Virus record (IMG/VR): IMGVR_UViG_3300005686_000008
DNA: 64,000 bases
Source: a virus
Taxonomy: Duplodnaviria; Caudoviricetes
Reading direction: 5' to 3' (one strand)
Under the pieces are notes generated by a model that was not told the DNA's origin, searched no databases, and worked only from the letters and a program-made list of their open reading frames with translations. Position numbers and translations under genes: made by a program. Of the stretch, positions 58,408 to 64,000 are shown piece after piece; positions within the stretch are counted from its first letter, which is position 1, and every line of letters begins with the position of its first letter.

Positions 58408-58438
58408 AAGGAATTTTGCAACATAAGTGCGAAACTTA
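58408..58438 (+). promoter_or_regulatory. Class B promoter
   Basis: AAGGA-N17-CGAAACTTA upstream of 58485. Confidence 0.55.
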
Positions 58439-58484
58439 CAAGTTAGGCTCAAATAGCCTTTAGAATCAAAAGGAGTGTATTGCT

Positions 58485-59165
58485 ATGAAGTTTATTACGA
58501 ACAAGATCTCGACTGGTAAGGCTCAGTCCTTTGGCGATTTCATCAAGAAACTTGCTGAAAGTAACGAATCTCTTAACAAGACAGCCTCTACAGAGGCTCC
58601 TGTTGAGAAGACTGCTAATATTGCCAATTTTGGCGACAAGAAAGCAGAACCATTTGGCAAGGCAAAGGGTGAGAAGAAGGACGAGAAGAAAGATGAGAAG
58701 AAAGAAGGCGTTGAGAAAGAGTCCTGCGGGACAGCTTGCGCCTCTTCCGAGAAGGAAGTAAAGGTTGCTAAAGAAGAGTGCAAAGAAAACAAAGATGGCG
58801 AATGCCATGTTAAGATGCAAGAAATGGACCCTGTTGGCGGAACCAATACTGGTAAGCCAGAGGGCGAGAAAAAGAAGGCCTCTGTTGAGAAGAAGGCTGA
58901 TAATGCCGAAATTCCAGCAGCCAATAAGGGTGTAGTTCATAAGGTTGATGAGTGCTGTGGCGCGCCAACGAGCGGCGATGGTAGCGAAGGCTCTAAGAAG
59001 TCTGAAGGTAAGAGCGAAGCTAAGACTGAGGAAAAGAAAGAGGCATCTTCTCGCAGGATGACTCGTATTGCAAATCTTGATTCCAAGACAAAGAATGAAT
59101 GGAAGACTTATTGGAAGAAGATTTATCCTTCTGCCTTTGTTGACGCAATGTTCGCTGATAAGTAA
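58485..59165 (+). CDS. K/E-rich scaffold-like head protein
   Basis: AAGGAG RBS; repeated KTA/KVA/KKA/KEA/RIA sites; C-terminal YWKKIYP motif. Confidence 0.6.
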   Translation: MKFITNKISTGKAQSFGDFIKKLAESNESLNKTASTEAPVEKTANIANFGDKKAEPFGKAKGEKKDEKKDEKKEGVEKESCGTACASSEKEVKVAKEECKENKDGECHVKMQEMDPVGGTNTGKPEGEKKKASVEKKADNAEIPAANKGVVHKVDECCGAPTSGDGSEGSKKSEGKSEAKTEEKKEASSRRMTRIANLDSKTKNEWKTYWKKIYPSAFVDAMFADK

Positions 59166-59191
59166 ATCTTTTCTATTGCTAGGAGTTACTG

Positions 59192-59926
59192 ATGATTATT
59201 GTCCCTAGTGGCACTAAACGAGTAGTTATGGCCCAACAATCCCAGCCCGCGAATACTCCTACCCCTCCAAAGAGGGAGGGTATTCAACAGGAGAATATTT
59301 CTCCGGGGGTTAGTCAGGTTGGTGGAGAGTTTAATCCGATTGGTCAGCTTGATAATACACTCCAAAATCAAAGTAAGCAACCATCGGCTCCAAACGTTCC
59401 AGATAAAGCCAAGCTAGATGCGGCTGTTGAACCAAATCCTGGCATGGTAGGAAAAGAGGATGTTGCAGGTTCGAATGAAGGCGTTGTTGATGGAGGTTCA
59501 ATTAAGATTAAGCAGGCTTTAGATAAGTTGCTTATGGATCTTGGCGTTCCTCAAAGAAAACTTATTCAACACGACAAGAGACGTTTTCAGTATAACAAAA
59601 GACAGCAAACTGGTTATTTTGAAATACCAGAAAGAACTGGCGGCGGCGAACAAATCGGTGAAGATGCTGTTGACAAAATTTGTAATCAACTTGAACAAGG
59701 TTTCAACATAGAAACTGAACCTGTTTTTCAGGGCGGTATATGGAAGGTTACATTCAAGCCAAGAGTCGTTGAGCAGCAAGAATTGGCTAGCTCTTGGGAT
59801 TCTCCTGAAGGGGTGAATCAGAAAAATCAAGCGAAAGCAGCTTATTCAAAAGATGCTCTTATAAAAGAGAGCAAAAATGATATTGTGAATTCGCTTATCA
59901 AGCAAGGCTTTGGAGGTACGAAATGA
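59192..59926 (+). CDS. Putative head-region protein
   Basis: AGGAG RBS; N-terminal KRVVMAQ. Confidence 0.65.
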   Translation: MIIVPSGTKRVVMAQQSQPANTPTPPKREGIQQENISPGVSQVGGEFNPIGQLDNTLQNQSKQPSAPNVPDKAKLDAAVEPNPGMVGKEDVAGSNEGVVDGGSIKIKQALDKLLMDLGVPQRKLIQHDKRRFQYNKRQQTGYFEIPERTGGGEQIGEDAVDKICNQLEQGFNIETEPVFQGGIWKVTFKPRVVEQQELASSWDSPEGVNQKNQAKAAYSKDALIKESKNDIVNSLIKQGFGGTK

Positions 59927-60693
59927 TTCGTAAACAATCAGACAACATCAATTTTGATGCTCTTCTCGGTTCAGATACTAAGAAGGTTGACTATCGCAAG
60001 GAACTTGCAGAGCGTCAGCCTGAAATGAAACGAGCAAAGAAGGCGGAGAAGGATCGTTCTTGGGCGGAACAGAAGATTCAGAAAGAAGCCTATGGAGACC
60101 CAATCGCTCGTGGTCGTTCTAGCGTTCGTCCGTCTCGCTGTGCCAGCGAAGGCGGAATTACAGATATGGGCGGTTCAAAGAAGCAAGTTGGTTGCGAAAC
60201 TAACAACTCCATTTGGAATAATGAAGTTCTTTCCAAGATGGCTAACGATCCTTCTTCTAGGGAATTAACCGCTTCTAAGAAAGAGTCTGCTGACCGTATT
60301 AGGCAAAAGAAACAGGCAGAATACAAACAAAGTATGTCTCCTCAACTTGGTGCCGAGGCAGATGAACTTGCAAAGAAAGCGTCTTCGGTAAATCCCGTTT
60401 CCGCAAAATCAAGCGGAAAGGGATGGGTTCCTGCTAACAAGATAAGCATGTTTGATACGAATACCAACTTTGATAGGTTGACAGCTCTTGAGAATAGGGT
60501 AAATCCGAAAGTTGAAAAGACCGCAGAACAAAAGATTCCAATGAAGAAGATTGCTTCTTCTAAGGATATGACAAATAGATTTGTTGATGGCGTTATTGAT
60601 CAAGGAAGAGATTCTTCGTACAAGAGCGTTCATAACGATGCCGTATCAAGATTGTTTAAGGTTCTATCCGAAAGAAACTCTAAGGAGGCATAA
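59923..60693 (+). CDS. Putative head-region protein
   Basis: GGAGG RBS; QKEAY, KKAS, EKTAE, KKIAS. Confidence 0.65.
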   Translation: MIRKQSDNINFDALLGSDTKKVDYRKELAERQPEMKRAKKAEKDRSWAEQKIQKEAYGDPIARGRSSVRPSRCASEGGITDMGGSKKQVGCETNNSIWNNEVLSKMANDPSSRELTASKKESADRIRQKKQAEYKQSMSPQLGAEADELAKKASSVNPVSAKSSGKGWVPANKISMFDTNTNFDRLTALENRVNPKVEKTAEQKIPMKKIASSKDMTNRFVDGVIDQGRDSSYKSVHNDAVSRLFKVLSERNSKEA

Positions 60694-61883
60694 TGCCAGG
60701 AATGATTGGTCCATCTGCTGCTGGAGGCATTCAAGGGATTAATATGAATCTTGCTGAGCAAGCAACATCTAATCTCAAGGGTGTCAATCCGGCTGTTGAT
60801 CCAACATTGCCAAGATCAAAACAAGAGGGGTTTCTTAATCAGCTAAATGAAGAACTTACAAGGGCTGGAGCTGCCGCAGAAGAGGCAACAGAAGAAGTAG
60901 ATATGGAAAGAGATGACGTTTTCAATAGCGAACCTGTTGTTATGGCTTCTTCATATTTTGATTTATCTAAGGTTGCTCAAATGCCTATGGAGCAAGACCC
61001 TAGCATGGGTCTCCCTCCATCTGGTGATAATGCTCAATCTTTTCCCCAAGAAGGACAGTCTCCCGAGTTGAACTTCAATACTCCTGAAGAGTTGAAGAAT
61101 CTAATGGATCAAAGCGCAGAAGATCCTAATTTTGTTAGTCAAATTGTTGTAATGGCCCCTTCTGATTCGCAAGCTCTTGTAAAAGATGCCATTCAACGAT
61201 ATTATGAACCGGAAAGCGATATGGCAGAGAAAACAAGACTTGCCGCCGACATTTTTCAAGCCATTCATGGCAGAGGTCAAGGAGAAGAGACAGTGAATGC
61301 AACATTTACTCAAGCCTCTGCTGAGGCTATTGTAAGAGAATCTTTGGCTTCTATTCAGAGGTTTGCTAAGGAATCTTCTCAGAAGATTACTAAGAAAGCT
61401 ACTTCTTATAACCTCAAGAAAGAAGCTCAATATCATGGAAATACCGAGTTCATTAATTTTGGACCGGAAAGTAAGAGAGTTTTCCCATACAGCAATACAG
61501 GTAATATTGGTAGCGAATGGCATACATGGGTAAGAGCCAGAGACCATAACTTCATTTTCGATGATCACGCTGTTGATTTTGAAACTTTTTGGCGCGGCAA
61601 TATAATGGACAAGTATAGCCGTCCATATCGCAATAATAAGGGCGAATGGGTTGGCGGATACATAAATAAGAGATTTGAAGTTGACCACAATATTCCAGAA
61701 GGTAATAACTATCAGTTGTTACCTGGTCAGCGTCGTCGCCCATATCTTCCAGAGTTTGCAACTTTGGAAGCAAGAATGGACGCTTCAAGAAAGAAGATGG
61801 CAGAAGAGAGAGGGTATGACCCAACAGACTCTGATGCTAAGCCTTATAACTGGAAAGAGGCCTCTTCTGTAAAAAAAAAGTGA
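60693..61883 (+). CDS. Putative head-region protein ending at a slippery site
   Basis: Tags SSYFDLSKVAQ, SYNLKKEAQ, PYNWKEAS; ends GTA AAA AAA AAG TGA. Confidence 0.7.
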   Translation: MPGMIGPSAAGGIQGINMNLAEQATSNLKGVNPAVDPTLPRSKQEGFLNQLNEELTRAGAAAEEATEEVDMERDDVFNSEPVVMASSYFDLSKVAQMPMEQDPSMGLPPSGDNAQSFPQEGQSPELNFNTPEELKNLMDQSAEDPNFVSQIVVMAPSDSQALVKDAIQRYYEPESDMAEKTRLAADIFQAIHGRGQGEETVNATFTQASAEAIVRESLASIQRFAKESSQKITKKATSYNLKKEAQYHGNTEFINFGPESKRVFPYSNTGNIGSEWHTWVRARDHNFIFDDHAVDFETFWRGNIMDKYSRPYRNNKGEWVGGYINKRFEVDHNIPEGNNYQLLPGQRRRPYLPEFATLEARMDASRKKMAEERGYDPTDSDAKPYNWKEASSVKKK

Positions 61884-61936
61884 CGGCTGATTCGTATGGG
61901 ATTCCTCCAATCCCATCTATAAACACAGTCAAGCCG
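61857..61936 (+). other. Programmed -1 ribosomal frameshift signal
   Basis: A_AAA_AAG at 61874-61880, upstream GAGG, downstream hairpin ATGGGATT-cctcc-AATCCCAT. Confidence 0.7.
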
Positions 61937-62278
61937 ATTGGCAATAAAAAGATTTGTCCTACTTGCCAATCTGATAATAAATCAACTGATATAAAATGCA
62001 CGAACTGCGGCGGGTCTCTTGCCGGAGTTCGTTCTCAATTGGTTCCTCCAAGGCCTAGCGAACCCGGCGAACAAAGGGGACAAAATGAACACGAAGTTGT
62101 TAAGATGCATGTTCCGGGGATGCCAAGGGCGGCTCAATCTGCTCAACCCGGAATGATTATTCCATCAGTTAAACCGATAGAACCTAAGAGGAGACCAATC
62201 TCGGATGACGATGTTCAGGTAACGGAGGAAAGTCATCTTTCTAATGTAGAAATGTCAGCGGATGGTCTTGGGCTATAA
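61880..62278 (+). CDS. Zn-ribbon-containing ORF, probably expressed as a -1 frameshift extension
   Basis: CPTC...CTNC; in the -1 frame of 60693..61883; no RBS before the GTG. Confidence 0.65.
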   Translation: MTADSYGIPPIPSINTVKPIGNKKICPTCQSDNKSTDIKCTNCGGSLAGVRSQLVPPRPSEPGEQRGQNEHEVVKMHVPGMPRAAQSAQPGMIIPSVKPIEPKRRPISDDDVQVTEESHLSNVEMSADGLGL

Positions 62279-62292
62279 TGATGGAGTAATAA

Positions 62293-64000
62293 ATGTCAGA
62301 TAAACCAAGTGAAAAGCCGATCAAGATGCAACTTCCTAACAAGTTGGCTTCTGCAAAAATCATGTCAGCAAAGGGTATTGTGCAGAAAGACGGCAATGCT
62401 TCTCATGGTAATTTTGCAACATCGAATGTTGTTAGCATTCCCATAACGAAAGCCGCTCAGTGGGCAGGCTCTGGCGCTAATGTAACAATGACGCAGCCAA
62501 TGTTCTTCTCTCCGTTGCATACTCCTCAAAACTGGCAGATAGCAAGCAAGAGAAAGGAAGTTTATCAATGGGCAAGATTCTATTATGAAAATGAGCCTAA
62601 AGTTGCCGCTGGTATAGATTTCTATTCGCAGTTCCCGATTAACGGAATAAAACTTGAATGTAAGAAAAAGAGCGTTCTTAGGTTCTTCGAGCATCTTGTT
62701 GAAAAGATAGAACTCATGTATTGGCTTAGAATGATAAGCCATCAGAGGTTCTTGCTTGGCGATGTTTTCGTTATGACGGAAATCGCATGTCCTCATTGCA
62801 AGGGTTCTGGAATTGATAAAGAAACTAAAGAGGCATGCAATCACGCAGACGGAACGATAGGAAAGATTACCGTACTCAATCCAGACTGGATTGAGGTTAT
62901 GAAAACTCCTATATCGCAAGACCCTCAAATCGTTCTTTTGCCAGACGAAGAACTTCAAAGAATTGTACAGACAAAGCAACCAAAGTTCTTATATGATCAG
63001 ATTCCTGATACAATCAAGATTCAGATAATGGCGAAGAAGCCAATCTTGCTTTCTAATAGGGTTACAAGTCATATTAAGCACGGCGGAAGTCCGTATGGAA
63101 CTTATGGAGAGTCTTTGCTTCGTCGTTTGTTTACAAGCTTGGCCTATAAGACTAAGTTGATGACAGCAAACTGGATTGTGGCAGAAAGACTTATTCTTCC
63201 AGTAAGAGTCGTTAAGGTTGGTTCAGATGAACGTCCTGCTGATGATGACGCAATTGCAGATGTTTCTGCTCAGTTGTCTGCTGTTGCTAACGATCCAAAT
63301 CTAACCATAGTTACTCATAATAACTTTGATTATGAATGGTATGGCGCTAGCGGCAAGATTCATAATATCAATCAAGAACTTGAATATGTTGGCAAGGAAA
63401 TTCTTGACGGTCTTATGTTGAATCAGACGCTTCTCAACGGAGAGATGGCTGGTTATAACTCTGCCCAAGTTGGCGTTGAAGTTATGATTCGTCGTTTAGA
63501 GTCTTGGAGAAATGAGCTTGCTCAATGGATTGAAAAGAACGTCTTTTTGCCTGTTGCCAAGATGCAAGGATTTATAGATGAAGAAGAGAGTAAAGAGTTT
63601 GGAGAAACTGTTTACTTGTATCCAAAGATTAAGTGGGATGACCTAAGACTTAGAGATAATACAAATCAGTTGCAAATGTTCTTGCAGATGCAGCAGAGCG
63701 GACTTATTTCTGCTCAAACTTTGCTTGAAGAATTTGATCTTGATTATGATCTTGAAGTTGAACGAATAAGAAACGAGCAAGTTCAAGCTATGCAAAATGG
63801 TCAGCTTATGGGTGGCGGCGGCGGTGGAGGAATGGGCGGCGGTATGGGAGGTATGGCAGGCGGAGGTGGCGCTCCTGGCGGGATGGATATGGGCATGGGC
63901 GGTGGAGCTCCTGGTATGGATGGTGGTATGGGCGGCGCTCCTGGTATGGATGGTGGCATGGGCGGAGGAATGGGAGGTATGGGCGGAGGCATGGGAGGGG
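62293..64000 (+). CDS. Portal protein (3'-truncated; absent from the ORF track)
   Basis: Translated by hand, open to the window end: WARFYYENEP.V..GIDFYSQFP, LLGDVF, LNPDWIEV, YGESLLRR, PKIKWDDL, GLISAQTLLEEF. GGAG RBS; downstream of terL. Confidence 0.8.
   Translation, partial: MSDKPSEKPIKMQLPNKLASAKIMSAKGIVQKDGNASHGNFATSNVVSIPITKAAQWAGSGANVTMTQPMFFSPLHTPQNWQIASKRKEVYQWARFYYENEPKVAAGIDFYSQFPINGIKLECKKKSVLRFFEHLVEKIELMYWLRMISHQRFLLGDVFVMTEIACPHCKGSGIDKETKEACNHADGTIGKITVLNPDWIEVMKTPISQDPQIVLLPDEELQRIVQTKQPKFLYDQIPDTIKIQIMAKKPILLSNRVTSHIKHGGSPYGTYGESLLRRLFTSLAYKTKLMTANWIVAERLILPVRVVKVGSDERPADDDAIADVSAQLSAVANDPNLTIVTHNNFDYEWYGASGKIHNINQELEYVGKEILDGLMLNQTLLNGEMAGYNSAQVGVEVMIRRLESWRNELAQWIEKNVFLPVAKMQGFIDEEESKEFGETVYLYPKIKWDDLRLRDNTNQLQMFLQMQQSGLISAQTLLEEFDLDYDLEVERIRNEQVQAMQNGQLMGGGGGGGMGGGMGGMAGGGGAPGGMDMGMGGGAPGMDGGMGGAPGMDGGMGGGMGGMGGGMGG
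63805..64000 (+). repeat. Gly/Met-rich low-complexity tail of the portal
   Basis: GGMGG and GAPGMD repeats. Confidence 0.85.

Noticed and set aside
174-61872. Numerous short antisense or out-of-frame ORFs nested in long genes (e.g. 22850..23632, 61101..61688, 58449..58940)
   Set aside because: They overlap well-supported genes, lack RBSs and motifs, and have the composition expected of shadow frames.
48990-62278. Major capsid protein or prohead protease among the head-region ORFs
   Set aside because: No HK97-fold or protease catalytic motifs recognised; these genes probably lie outside the window.
62365-63992. Minus-strand ORFs 62365..62979 and 63801..63992
   Set aside because: Antisense shadows of the portal gene and its Gly/Met repeat.
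1-64000. Alternative genetic code (TAG/TGA recoding) as in some large phages
   Set aside because: Conserved enzymes are full length in code 11, coding density is high, and all three stop codons end genes.
1-64000. CRISPR array, tRNA/rRNA genes, reverse transcriptase/DGR/retron, transposase or integrase
   Set aside because: No regularly spaced repeats, tRNA T-arm/acceptor pattern, RT motif or recombinase motifs recognised by eye; tRNAscan-SE and CRISPR finders were not run.

Overview
AT-rich, gene-dense 64 kb segment of a large tailed dsDNA bacteriophage using the standard genetic code, with most genes on the + strand. Layout: (i) 1-9.6 kb, large putative virion/internal proteins (zincin, GNAT, SNF2 helicase); (ii) 9.6-32.4 kb, metabolic and regulatory genes (ABC-type ATPase, HD hydrolase, peptide deformylase, ThyX, DEDDh exonuclease, lysozyme, FliA/WhiG-type sigma factor, macrodomain, HNH, DHH, AAA+, intein-containing class II RNR, dUTPase); (iii) 32.5-46 kb, a 3439-aa multi-glycosidase-like protein, a TIGR03790-like protein and tail-like genes; (iv) 46-64 kb, intein-containing terminase, head-region proteins, an antisense glycan-modifying cassette and a portal gene that runs off the window and is absent from the ORF track. 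The main undescribed-looking signals are: a recurring peptide tag (W[YF]xxA, [YF][ND]LxKxA[QS], KxA) at the termini and domain boundaries of many otherwise unrelated proteins, suggesting a capsid-targeting and protease-release system for enzyme cargo; a ~600-nt highly structured candidate ncRNA; a -1 frameshift site just upstream of the portal; an FN3 domain split across two genes; and two promoter classes, one of them sigma28-like. A host in the PVC group (Planctomycetota-like) is an inference. All family assignments come from motif recognition by eye; no searches were run.
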